64,000 nucleotides of DNA from Betaproteobacteria bacterium (GTDB lineage: Bacteria; Pseudomonadota; Gammaproteobacteria; Burkholderiales; Usitatibacteraceae), in NCBI GenBank assembly GCA_016720925.1, contig JADKJR010000013.1, positions 52,243-116,242 of the forward strand, in the 5' to 3' direction. The notes beneath the pieces were generated by a model. It was given only the letters and a program-made list of their open reading frames with translations. It was not told the origin of the DNA and did not search any database. Made by a program: the position numbers and the translations under genes. Positions 9,460-18,375 of this stretch are shown piece after piece. The stretch's first letter is position 1; the number at the start of each line of letters is the position of its first letter.

Positions 9460-10702
9460 ATGCCCCTGGACTTCAATTCGCATTCACTCTTGGCCGTTTG
9501 CATCGCACTCGGCATTGGCCTGCTCATCGGCGCCGAGCGTGAGCGGCGCAAAGGCGAGGGACCGGCGCGCGCGCCCGCGGGTATCCGTACCTTTGCCGTC
9601 GCCTCGCTCACGGGCGTGGTCGCCATGCTGCTGGGCGATGTGTTGTTGATGGCCGTTGCGGCATTGCTGGTGGGTGCGTTTGCGCTGCTGGCTTATCGCC
9701 GGGCAAGCACGGACGACCCGGGCATGACGACCGAGATCGCGCTGGTCCTGACATGCTTCATCGGCGGGCTCGCCGCGCGTGAACCGCTGCTCGCCGCCGG
9801 GCTTGGCGTTGCGCTGGCGGGTTTGCTGGCGGCGCGTGATCGCCTGCACCACTTTGTAAGCGGGGTGCTGAGCGAACGTGAATTGCACGATGCATTGCTG
9901 TTTTGCGCGGCCGCATTGATCGCACTGCCGCTGGCGCCCGATCGTTTTCTCGGCCCTTTTAACGCCATCAATCCGCACTCGCTGGTCGCCATCGTCGTGC
10001 TGGTGATGTCGGTCAGTGCGCTGGGCTACATCGCGTTGCGATTACTCGGCCCGCGCTACGGATTGCCGCTGGCGGGACTGGTATCGGGTTTCATTTCCAG
10101 CTCCGCGACCATACACGCAATGGGCCGGCGCACGCGCGAGGAACCCGCGCTGATGCCGGGACTGGTGGCGGGCGCGGTACTGTCATCGGTGGCGACCATC
10201 GTGCAACTATCGGCGGTGATTGCTTTTCTCGCGCCAACACTGCTCGCGCAACTCGCGCTACCGCTGGTGTTTGCCGGACTGGCGGCCGTGCTGTATGCCG
10301 CCTGGTTTACCCTGCGCCTTGCGCGCCGTTGACGCGGCACCTCGCGGCAGTGGACGGGCATTCGACCTGGTCGCCGCATTGACGTTTGCGGCATTGATCG
10401 GCGCGGTACTGACCATCGCCGCCGCCCTCAACGCCTGGGTAGGTGAGCGCGGCATGCTGGTAACCGCCGCGGCGTCCGGCCTTGCCGACGCGCATGCCGC
10501 CGCCGTCGCGACGGCATCAATGCTGGTGGCGGGGAAAATATCGTTGCCGCTCGCGGTGACCGCCGTGCTGACAGGATTGAGCACCAATGCGCTGGTCAAG
10601 GCGGTGCTGGCCTTCACGTCGGGGGGCGCGCCATATGCATTGCGGATCGTGCCAGGACTGGTGATGATGATCGCGGCAGCGTGGGTGGGCACCTTGATAT
10701 AG
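9460..10702 (+). pseudogene. MgtC/SapB-family plus DUF4010 membrane protein, apparent frameshift near 10325-10335
   Basis: N-terminus MPLDFNSHSLLAVCIALGIGLLIGAERERRKGEG is typical of MgtC-family proteins. ORFs 9397..10332 and 10220..10702 overlap and together give about 415 aa of continuous TM-rich sequence. Confidence 0.6.
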
Positions 10703-10795
10703 GGTGCGGCGCATTCGCCGGTGTTCCGACGATGCGCAAAGGGCGATTGCGGACGCCTGAGGGCTTATTCTCGAACGAACAAAGGAGCTGCACAA

Positions 10796-11494
10796 ATGCT
10801 AGGCGTTTTGGGGGGAATGGGTCCACTGGCCACCGCCGATTTTTTTTCGAAGCTGCTTGCAGCCACGCCCGCGAGTGACGATGCCGATCATGTGCCGGTG
10901 CTGATCCTCTCCGATCCACGCATTCCGCCGCGCCCTGTGGCCATTCTGGGCGATGGCGAGTCGCCATTGCAGGCGCTGCGTGCCGCGCGCGACAAGCTGG
11001 TCGCCGCCGGTGCCACCTTTTTGGCCATGCCCTGCAACACAGCGCATTTCTGGTTCGCGGACCTGACTGCGGATTGCCCGGTACCGTTCATCAGCATCAT
11101 CGACGCGACCTGCCGCGAAATCGCCTCACGGACGGCGCCTGGTAATGCGGTCGGGGTCATCGGAACGCGCGCGACGCTCGCCACGGGTCTCTACGATTCG
11201 CGTCTGGCTGCGCTGGGTTACGCATCGCACGTGCCGGACGAGGCTTCGATGATCCGCAACATTTTGCCGGCAATCGAGTTGGTCAAAGCGGGCAAGTCTG
11301 GACAAGGTGGTGCGCTACTTGAGCCGGTGGTCAGGCAGTTACTTGCCGACGGTGCCCAGCTGGTGATTCTCGCTTGCACCGAAATGCCGCTTGCACTGGA
11401 CGCCATCGACTCTCCGCTGCGCGAGCGTTGCATTGATTCGACCGCCGCACTGGCCCGCGCCTGTGTGACTTTCTGGCGTCGGCAACAAGCCTGA
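10796..11494 (+). CDS. aspartate/glutamate racemase family protein
   Basis: MLGVLGGMGPLATADFF... then ...MPCNTAHFW... then ...LACTEMPL (two catalytic Cys motifs). AAAGGAG RBS at 10781-10787. Confidence 0.8.
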   Translation: MLGVLGGMGPLATADFFSKLLAATPASDDADHVPVLILSDPRIPPRPVAILGDGESPLQALRAARDKLVAAGATFLAMPCNTAHFWFADLTADCPVPFISIIDATCREIASRTAPGNAVGVIGTRATLATGLYDSRLAALGYASHVPDEASMIRNILPAIELVKAGKSGQGGALLEPVVRQLLADGAQLVILACTEMPLALDAIDSPLRERCIDSTAALARACVTFWRRQQA

Positions 11495-11662
11495 CACAAG
11501 CGCACGAACTTGAAAGCCCGTTCAGCGCCACCAAGGCTTCGCGCCCGTGGGCGGTCTGCGCTGGATCAATTCGTCGCTCATTTTTACGCCCAATATCTCA
11601 TCCATGTCCGCCAACGTGCGCCGACGGGCACAAATATGCACGACCATTGATCCAAAGCAAAC

Positions 11663-11687
11663 TTGACGTTATATCAAAATCTATAAT
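11663..11687 (+). promoter_or_regulatory. candidate promoter/operator upstream of the octaheme cytochrome operon
   Basis: Perfect TATAAT at 11682-11687. Dyad TTGAC-GTTAT-ATCAA at 11663-11677, which is FNR/CRP-like but has a 5-nt rather than 4-nt spacer. Lies 50-70 bp before the GTG at 11736. Confidence 0.3.
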
Positions 11688-11735
11688 GAATTGTCCGTCT
11701 TTTGCGGATCTTTCGCCCTATCAGAAGGAGCATTC

Positions 11736-13346
11736 GTGAATCCCGCGTTTACCCGACTTGCGCTCGTTACGTGCTGCGCTGCCTGGCTGGCGGTTGCTGG
11801 CTCCGTGTTGGCCGAAGAAGCCAAAACGGAACCCAAGCCTCTCAAGCTCAATACCACCGCTGATCACAGCAAATTCAAGGAGTTGCAGGGCCAATTCAAG
11901 TCCGGCCCGGAAGTGACCAAAGCCTGCCTGGTCTGTCACACGGAGGCCGCTGGCCAGATTCACCGTACCAAACACTGGAAATGGGAATACCTGAACCCTG
12001 ATACGAAGCAAATGCTGGGTAAGAAAACCATCCTCAACAACTTCTGTATCTCGATTGCCTCCAACTATGCGTCCTGTACCAGCTGCCACATCGGTTACGG
12101 CTGGAAAGATGCCAACTTCGACTTCAAGTCCGAAGAAAATGTCGATTGCCTGGCCTGCCACGACACTACCGGCAACTACAAAAAACCACCGGGACTGGCC
12201 GGCAACGTCGTTACCAAGGAAATGGAATTCCCGGCCGGTTCAGGCAAGATCCTGAAGGCGATCGACCTCTCGAAAATCGCACAGAAAGTCGGCAAATCCA
12301 GCCGTGACACCTGCGGCGCCTGCCATTTCTTCGGCGGCGGCGGCGATGGCGTCAAGCACGGCGATCTGGATAGTTCCATGTCAGCGCCAGACAAAGAGCT
12401 TGATGTACACATGGATGCGACCGGGCTCGACTTCACTTGTGCCTCTTGCCACAAGACATCGAGCCATGATGTGGCTGGTAGCCGCTACACGCCGACCGCA
12501 AAAGATACCAAGGGTGCGCACATGCCCGGCCGGGCCAGCAACGGCAATCCGGCAAGCTGTGTGGCTTGCCACAACAACGCCCCGCACAAGAAAGAACCGC
12601 GCCTCAACCAGCACACCGCCAAGCTTGCCTGCCAAACTTGCCACATTCCAGCTTTTGCGCGCGGCGGTGTTGCCACCAAGATGACCTGGGACTGGTCCAC
12701 GGCGGGCCAAAAGGACGAGCAGGGCCAGCAAATCACCCGCAAGGACGCCAAGGGCCGCATCACCTATGAATCCCGCAAGGGTGACTTCACGCTGGCCGAA
12801 AACGTTACGCCGGAATATGCGTGGTTCAACGGGCATGTCGAGTACACGCTGCTTTCCGACAAGATCGAGAAAACCGACCAGCGCACGCCAATTAACAAAC
12901 TCGGCGGTAGCCCGACCGACGGCAAATCGCTGATCTGGCCGATGAAGGTTTTCCGTGGCTCGCAACCCTACGACCCAATCAACAAGACACTGATCACGCC
13001 ACACACCGCCGGCAATGACGACACCGGCTTCTGGAAAAACCTGGCGTGGGACAAAGCCATACCGGTCGGCATGAAGGATTCCGGCGCGCCGTATTCGGGC
13101 AAATTTGAATTCATCAATACCGAAATGTCGTGGCCGATCACCCACATGGTTGCGCCGAAAGAAAAAGCGCTGGGTTGTGTGGCATGCCACACCAAGGATG
13201 GACGGCTGGCCGGCATACAGGGTGTGTATTTGCCCGGGCGCGATGCCAACAAATTCGTCGACACCGCCGGCTGGGGCATTGTCCTGCTGACTTTGCTCGG
13301 CGTACTCGGCCACGGCGCGCTGCGTGTCGTGCACCGCAAGCGCTAA
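11736..13346 (+). CDS. otr: octaheme c-type cytochrome, tetrathionate reductase (OTR) family, with C-terminal membrane anchor
   Basis: Eight CxxCH motifs (CLVCH, CTSCH, CLACH, CGACH, CASCH, CVACH, CQTCH, CVACH). Blocks HRTKHWKWEY and CGACHFFGGGGDGVKHGD match what I recall of OTR. Sec signal ...AVAGSVLA/EE. C-terminal helix WGIVLLTLLGVLGHGAL followed by RVVHRKR. GTG start lies 5 nt after AAGGAG. Confidence 0.75.
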   Translation: MNPAFTRLALVTCCAAWLAVAGSVLAEEAKTEPKPLKLNTTADHSKFKELQGQFKSGPEVTKACLVCHTEAAGQIHRTKHWKWEYLNPDTKQMLGKKTILNNFCISIASNYASCTSCHIGYGWKDANFDFKSEENVDCLACHDTTGNYKKPPGLAGNVVTKEMEFPAGSGKILKAIDLSKIAQKVGKSSRDTCGACHFFGGGGDGVKHGDLDSSMSAPDKELDVHMDATGLDFTCASCHKTSSHDVAGSRYTPTAKDTKGAHMPGRASNGNPASCVACHNNAPHKKEPRLNQHTAKLACQTCHIPAFARGGVATKMTWDWSTAGQKDEQGQQITRKDAKGRITYESRKGDFTLAENVTPEYAWFNGHVEYTLLSDKIEKTDQRTPINKLGGSPTDGKSLIWPMKVFRGSQPYDPINKTLITPHTAGNDDTGFWKNLAWDKAIPVGMKDSGAPYSGKFEFINTEMSWPITHMVAPKEKALGCVACHTKDGRLAGIQGVYLPGRDANKFVDTAGWGIVLLTLLGVLGHGALRVVHRKR

Positions 13347-13387
13347 GTTGAACCAATGCGAAACATGACGAATTTCGGAGAACTCAC

Positions 13388-13984
13388 ATGACACAACGCG
13401 TTTACATCTTCAAGGCCTTCGAGCGCTTCTGGCACTGGTCACAGGCCGCCCTGATCATCTTCCTGATGCTCACCGGTTTTGAAATCCACGGCACTTATAC
13501 CAACTTCGGCTTCGAAAAGGCGGTGGCCTACCACGTCATCGCCGCCTGGTCGCTGGTGGGATTGTGGATTTTCGCGATCTTCTGGCATCTCACCACTGGC
13601 GAATGGCGCCACTACATTCCGACGAGGGAGAAAATATTCGTGATGGCGAAGTTCTATTCGTCCGGCATCTTCAAGCACGAACCCCATCCGTTCAAGCCGA
13701 GCCACATCAACAAACACAACCCCCTGCAACGGCTGACCTACCTCGCCATTCTCACGATGCTCAGTCCGCTCATCTGGTTTACCGGCTGGCTCTACCTTTT
13801 CTATGCCGACTGGGCCGCGTGGGGACTCACCAAACTGCAGCTGGAATGGATTGCCGTCGGCCACACCGTCGGCGCCTTCCTGATGCTGGCATTCCTGATT
13901 TCGCATCTTTATCTCGCCACCACGGGTCACAAGGTCACCTCCCAAGTCAAGACCATGATCACCGGCTGGGAAGAAGCCGAATAA
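13388..13984 (+). CDS. membrane dihaem cytochrome b (cytochrome b561 / Ni-Fe hydrogenase b-subunit family)
   Basis: 198 aa with four predicted TM helices carrying conserved His (FWHWSQ, AYHVIAAW, FWHL, ISHLY). N-terminus ...FERFWHW... is typical of PF01292-type proteins. Lies 41 bp after otr. Confidence 0.75.
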   Translation: MTQRVYIFKAFERFWHWSQAALIIFLMLTGFEIHGTYTNFGFEKAVAYHVIAAWSLVGLWIFAIFWHLTTGEWRHYIPTREKIFVMAKFYSSGIFKHEPHPFKPSHINKHNPLQRLTYLAILTMLSPLIWFTGWLYLFYADWAAWGLTKLQLEWIAVGHTVGAFLMLAFLISHLYLATTGHKVTSQVKTMITGWEEAE

Positions 13985-14016
13985 TCCGCAACCCTAAATC
14001 ACCAAGGAGCAAAACC

Positions 14017-14409
14017 ATGAAACTCAACCACACACTCGCCGCAGCAGCCGTATTGGCCTTGCTCGGCACTTCATTGTCCGCCCAGGCCTACGATGCCGAC
14101 TGGAAACGCGGTCGCGTCTATTACCGTGCTGTCTGCACCACTTGCCATCTCGCCGCGCCGATCGGGTCCATCAACCCAAGCACGAAAACCAAAGCCGAGT
14201 GGGCCGCTTATCTGAAGGCCGACAAGCACGCAAAAGGCAAGGATACGGTCAAGGAATATGTCAGCAAGGCCTACCGTGCCAAGATCAAAGCCGGCAACAA
14301 GGCCGCCGAGAAGTTTGCGGATGCGCCGGACCAGGAATTGCTGGATGACGTCGCGGCATTCCTCAACAAAGGCGCCAAGGACGGTGACGCACCGGCCAGT
14401 TGCAGCTGA
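14017..14409 (+). CDS. periplasmic monohaem cytochrome c
   Basis: ATG after AAGGAG (14004-14009). Signal peptide MKLNHTLAAAAVLALLGTSLSAQA. Single CTTCH motif. 130 aa. Confidence 0.7.
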   Translation: MKLNHTLAAAAVLALLGTSLSAQAYDADWKRGRVYYRAVCTTCHLAAPIGSINPSTKTKAEWAAYLKADKHAKGKDTVKEYVSKAYRAKIKAGNKAAEKFADAPDQELLDDVAAFLNKGAKDGDAPASCS

Positions 14410-14496
14410 TCGTTGCCCGCTGGCGGTGCGGCGCCATTCAGCCGCGGGCCCGCCGCGCGCGCGATATGTCGCCAACGATAAGCAAGGAGAAAACAG

Positions 14497-15741
14497 ATGA
14501 GCGCCAAGAGTGAAGCCGGCTGGCTGGCCGGCTTCAAATCGGACTACGAAAAAGTCGTCGTCAAGGAATGGTCACCTTTCGTCGGCGCCCTCCTGCTGAT
14601 ACTCGTGATCATCGGCCTGATGCTCAGTGGATTGGTGTGGGGCGTATTCGGTGGCGTCAAATTCTGGGGCGACTGGTTCAACAACCTTATCGGCCTCGGG
14701 CCACTGATCGGCGTTCCCCATGACCTGGATAATTTCATCATGCACCGCATGTCGCTGATGAATATCATGCTGGTGGTGGGTGCATTCGCGGCGGCATTGC
14801 TGTCGGGTCAGTTCACGCCCAATCTCGCGCCCAAACTGGAGTACATCTGGGCAGCCGTGGGTGGAAGCTTCCTCGGCATTGGCGCGGCACTTGCCGGCGG
14901 CTGCACAACCGGTGGCTTTTTCAATCCGGTGCTGCACTCCTCTCCCGCGGGCTGGGCGATGTGGGCCGGCCTGCTCGCGGGCGCGGCCATTGGCGTCAAG
15001 CTTTTGTTGTGGACGCTGGAAAATATCGACTGGGGAATGAAGGCGCCGCCCTCGATCAAGGTTCCGGATGGCGTCAAACGTAAATATCCCCTGCTGGGAC
15101 TTGTCGTGGTCGTCGGCGTGTTGATCTGGGCCACGAAATGGTACGGCTCAGCCAACGAGCAACTGGCGGCGCGTGCCGTGATTGTCGTGGCAGGATTCGC
15201 CATCGGTTACATCATGCGCAGCTCGCGCCTGTGCTTTGCCCGCGCCTTTCGCGAACCCTTCATTACCGGTGAGGGCGCGATGACCAAGGCCGTGATTCTG
15301 GCGCTGGCCGTGGGCATACCGATCGCCGCATTGTTGTTCCAGAAAAAGGTGATTGATCCCTATCTCGCCATTCCCGCCACGTTCTGGATGGGCTCACTGG
15401 TGGGCGGCTTCATTTTTGGTATCGGCATGGTGTTTGCCGGCGGCTGCGCATCGGGCTCGCTTTGGCGGATGGGCGAAGGCCAAAGCAAGCTTTGGGTGAC
15501 GATTTTCTTTTTCTCCTGGGCCGGATCCACCGCCAGCGCCCTGTTCAAGAAATTCGGCCTCACCTCGATTGACGAAACCAATGTCGAGACCTTTGAAATG
15601 ACCCGGGTCGGCTTTCAGGCCTACCTTCCCGAAATGCTCGGCAACTGGGGATGGACGCTGGCCATTGGTGGCGGCCTGCTGCTGCTCTGGTATGCACTGG
15701 TGCGCTACAACGAAACCACCGAAAAATTCACTCTGATGTAA
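14497..15741 (+). CDS. YeeE/YedE family sulfur-compound (thiosulfate) transporter
   Basis: Polytopic membrane protein with the two conserved Cys loops LAGGCTTGGFF and FAGGCASGSLWR that are characteristic of YeeE/YedE. Confidence 0.8.
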   Translation: MSAKSEAGWLAGFKSDYEKVVVKEWSPFVGALLLILVIIGLMLSGLVWGVFGGVKFWGDWFNNLIGLGPLIGVPHDLDNFIMHRMSLMNIMLVVGAFAAALLSGQFTPNLAPKLEYIWAAVGGSFLGIGAALAGGCTTGGFFNPVLHSSPAGWAMWAGLLAGAAIGVKLLLWTLENIDWGMKAPPSIKVPDGVKRKYPLLGLVVVVGVLIWATKWYGSANEQLAARAVIVVAGFAIGYIMRSSRLCFARAFREPFITGEGAMTKAVILALAVGIPIAALLFQKKVIDPYLAIPATFWMGSLVGGFIFGIGMVFAGGCASGSLWRMGEGQSKLWVTIFFFSWAGSTASALFKKFGLTSIDETNVETFEMTRVGFQAYLPEMLGNWGWTLAIGGGLLLLWYALVRYNETTEKFTLM

Positions 15742-15769
15742 ATTCTGTCGCACGTTCAAGGAGAACCTT

Positions 15770-16933
15770 ATGAATGCCAAACGCATGACCCTGCTGACCG
15801 CGATACTCGCGGCCCTCGCCATCAGTCCCGTCGTATTCTCGACGGCCGCGGTTGCACAGCCCGCCGCCATCCAGGTCAAGGATGGCTACTACAAGACGCT
15901 GGTTGATTTCGATTTCATGCGCCAGAACGTCGATATCCCGCTAAAGAAGGGCGTGATGATCATCGACTCGCGTCCCGCCGCGCGCCAATACGATCCGGGC
16001 CACATCCCCGGTGCGGTAAATATTCCTGACAGCCAATTCGACAAAAATGTCGACAAACTTCCCGCCGACAAGGCCACGCTGCTGCTCTTCTATTGTGGTG
16101 GTCTCGAATGCATGCTCAGCCACAATTCCGCATTCAAGGCCGAAAAACTGGGCTACACCAATATCAAGGTCTATGCGGCCGGCTCACCGGACTGGAAGGC
16201 GAAGGGCGCTCAGATATCGGTGTCCGCCGCGCATGTCAAGAAGCTGATCGATGAAAAAGCCGCTTACGTACTGATCGACGCACGACCGAAACGCGTCGCC
16301 GAGAAAGGCATGATTCCAACCGCCCTCAACATTTCCGACAGCGAGTTTGACAAGAACATCGACAAGCTTCCTGCCGACAAAGCCACGCCACTGATCTACT
16401 ACTGTGGCGGCATGGAATGCGTGTTGTCCGACAAATCGGCGGAGAAGGCCAAGAAGCTTGGTTATACCAATGTCCTCACCTATCCGCCGGGCTATCCGGA
16501 GTGGGAAAAACTGCACGGCGCCCCCGCCACGGCAACAGCCGCAACTTCCGCGTCCTCCGCCACCAGCGGCGGCGTCAAGTCCGCAGCCGCATTGGTACCA
16601 GGAAAAGAAAAGGGCTCGGTCACTGTCGCCTCGTTTGAAAAGGTCTGGAAGGAAAATCCCGGATCGATCATGCTGGTCGATGTGCGTGACGCAAAAGAGT
16701 TCGCTGCCGGAACCGCCAAGGGCGCCGTGAATATCCCCATCAACGAGCTTGAGAAGAAACTTTCTACGTTGCCCACCGACAAACCCGTGGTCTTTATCTG
16801 CGGTACGGGCGCCCGCTCTGGCGAGGCCTATGACACCGTGAAGCTACTGGGTGGAAAAGTACAGGCTTACTTCATCGATGCCGACATCAAGTTTGCCGGC
16901 AATGGCGAGTACACGATCACCGAAAAGAAATAG
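15770..16933 (+). CDS. exported triple-rhodanese-domain sulfurtransferase
   Basis: Sec signal MNAKRMTLLTAILAALAISPVVFSTAAVA. Three rhodanese-like repeats with active-site loops YCGGLECMLS, YCGGMECVLS and ICGTGARSG. Repeats 1 and 2 are near-duplicates (GHIPGAVNIPDSQFDKNVDKLPADKATLL versus GMIPTALNISDSEFDKNIDKLPADKATPL). Confidence 0.85.
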   Translation: MNAKRMTLLTAILAALAISPVVFSTAAVAQPAAIQVKDGYYKTLVDFDFMRQNVDIPLKKGVMIIDSRPAARQYDPGHIPGAVNIPDSQFDKNVDKLPADKATLLLFYCGGLECMLSHNSAFKAEKLGYTNIKVYAAGSPDWKAKGAQISVSAAHVKKLIDEKAAYVLIDARPKRVAEKGMIPTALNISDSEFDKNIDKLPADKATPLIYYCGGMECVLSDKSAEKAKKLGYTNVLTYPPGYPEWEKLHGAPATATAATSASSATSGGVKSAAALVPGKEKGSVTVASFEKVWKENPGSIMLVDVRDAKEFAAGTAKGAVNIPINELEKKLSTLPTDKPVVFICGTGARSGEAYDTVKLLGGKVQAYFIDADIKFAGNGEYTITEKK

Positions 16934-17023
16934 TTCGCCATCTACACAACACTGTTGCCAACGGCCGGGGTGCGCTCTTCCCCGCCTCGGCCAATTCGTT
17001 TTATTTTCCGGAGTTCAAAAACA

Positions 17024-17446
17024 ATGAAAAAGCTGTCTATCGTCCTCGCGCTGGGCCTCTCGTGCGCATTGCCCCTTCACGCGGAAACCGCGACGGAACT
17101 TTTCGTCACACTCAACTCCGGCAACCCGCAAACGCAGGGCATGGCGTTAGTACTGGCGACGCAAGCCGTCGAACAGAAAGCCGGCGTGCGCGTGCTGCTA
17201 TGCAGCGAGGGCGGCCAACTGGCGGTCAAGAACAAGGAATCCACGCTCCTCAAGCCACGCAACGTGACCCCCAAGGACATGCTGCAAGGCCTGTTGAAAG
17301 CCGGCGCCAAGGTCGAAGTCTGCGCCTTGTTCCTGCCTAACAGCGACTGGAAACCCGCCGACCTGATGGAAGGCATCAGCGTTGCAAAACCTGGCGACGT
17401 GGCTGCGCACCTGCTGAAGCCGAATGTGAAAGCGCTGTCGTACTGA
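17024..17446 (+). CDS. exported DsrE/DsrF-like family protein
   Basis: Signal peptide MKKLSIVLALGLSCALPLHA. About 120-aa mature domain with conserved Cys contexts RVLLCSEGG and VEVCALFL, resembling DsrE-fold sulfur carriers. Confidence 0.6.
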   Translation: MKKLSIVLALGLSCALPLHAETATELFVTLNSGNPQTQGMALVLATQAVEQKAGVRVLLCSEGGQLAVKNKESTLLKPRNVTPKDMLQGLLKAGAKVEVCALFLPNSDWKPADLMEGISVAKPGDVAAHLLKPNVKALSY

Positions 17447-17473
17447 ATGCCGGTGGTTGCATTTGAATCGTGA

Positions 17474-17492
17474 GGCAGGTCAGGAACCTGCC
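17474..17492. terminator. hairpin between convergent genes
   Basis: GGCAGGT-cagga-ACCTGCC (7-bp stem) 28 bp after the DsrE-like stop. No clear U-tract. Confidence 0.3.
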
Positions 17493-17533
17493 ATCGATTG
17501 CGATTGACTGATAGCGATTCCGGCAATCAACAT

Positions 17534-17601
17534 AAAACCCTAGATCTGGCGGGGCTTTCCGGGCATTTTAGGCCGGAAAGCCGCGCCAGTCTTTGTGTTT
17601 T
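17534..17601 (+). repeat. REP-like extragenic element, copy 3 (best palindrome)
   Basis: CTGGCGGGGCTTTCCGG (17546-17562) pairs with CCGGAAAGCCGCGCCAG (17573-17589), 16 of 17 positions. Ends AAAACCCTAG...CTTTGTGTTTT are inverted. Abuts the stop (17604) of the minus-strand ORF. Confidence 0.75.
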
Positions 17602-17603
17602 AT

Positions 17604-18105
17604 TCAATCGACATTGCGCAGGCCGCCAGAAAGTCCGAGGCTCGTCGCGGCCCAGAATTCTTTTGCGCGCGCCGCGCCACGCAACTGCCCAATGATGTTG
17701 CGCACGCGCTCGGCATGGCTGACAAATTCCGCGACTGTCTTGACGCTCAATGGCGACGGCGAGACCATCGCCTTCCGGCCCGAGCAAAGAGACTCGATCT
17801 TCTCGGGGACCCTTGGCATCGGCCAGATTGAAGGTCGCCGAAACGCTAGCGGCGATATTGGCAGCGCCCGGTAATGCGCCAGCGGCAGCCGCCTGCCCTC
17901 CCACGGGGGAAATAAAACCATCGCGCCACAATTTCTCTATCGACGCAAATCCATCGCCCGGGATCTTGGACAGCAACACCTCCACTGTCTGCTTGCCGTC
18001 GACCTGAATGAGTGCGATGCGATGTCGAAAATCGATGTGAAAGGCGCGCTTCTCGATTTCTTCGGTGCCCTTCGCTTTCTTTTCAAAGATGTCGCCGGTG
18101 TCCAT
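17604..18105 (-). pseudogene. hypothetical protein, apparent frameshift near 17745-17760
   Basis: The N-terminal part (MDTGDIFEKKAKGTEEIEKRAFHIDFRHRIALIQVDGKQTVE...) is in the frame of ORF 17527..18156. The protein-like C-terminus (...VKTVAEFVSHAERVRNIIGQLRGAARAKEFWAATSLGLSGGLRNVD) is in the frame of ORF 17604..17921. The first frame past the junction is Arg/Cys/Trp-rich and runs through repeat copy 3. Confidence 0.4.
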
Positions 18106-18375
18106 GAAGCCCTCTGATCGCACGATCATGAATGGCCATTGTGTTTCCGCGGCCAAGGCGGGTCAATGTACTTGTGCCCGCGATACATACCCGCGATGAG
18201 CACCCGGCTGTGCGCGCACGACACCTCGAGATTCAGGCTCGCTGGGGACAAACAACATGACATCACGAAGAAGTGAACGGAAACCGGCAAGCGCGCGCTT
18301 GCCTGCACATGCGCTCGCGTGCATATACGTATTCGGCACATTTTCAGGAATAAGCAGGGTTGCGCAAATAAAAAC

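Noticed and set aside
11663-11677. Canonical FNR box upstream of otr
   Set aside because: The spacer is 5 nt rather than 4, and the site is centred about 24 nt upstream of the likely start, not at -41.5. I report it only as a near-match dyad.
12381-13394. Long antisense or alternative-frame ORFs inside real genes. Examples: 348..965, 12381..13394, 21810..22754, 22235..23227, 38060..38710, 44069..45271, 51715..52824, 55707..56522, 57250..58062.
   Set aside because: These are typical high-GC artefacts. They are Arg/Ala/Gly/Pro-rich with no motifs, and each is fully overlapped by a gene with strong family signatures on the other strand or frame.
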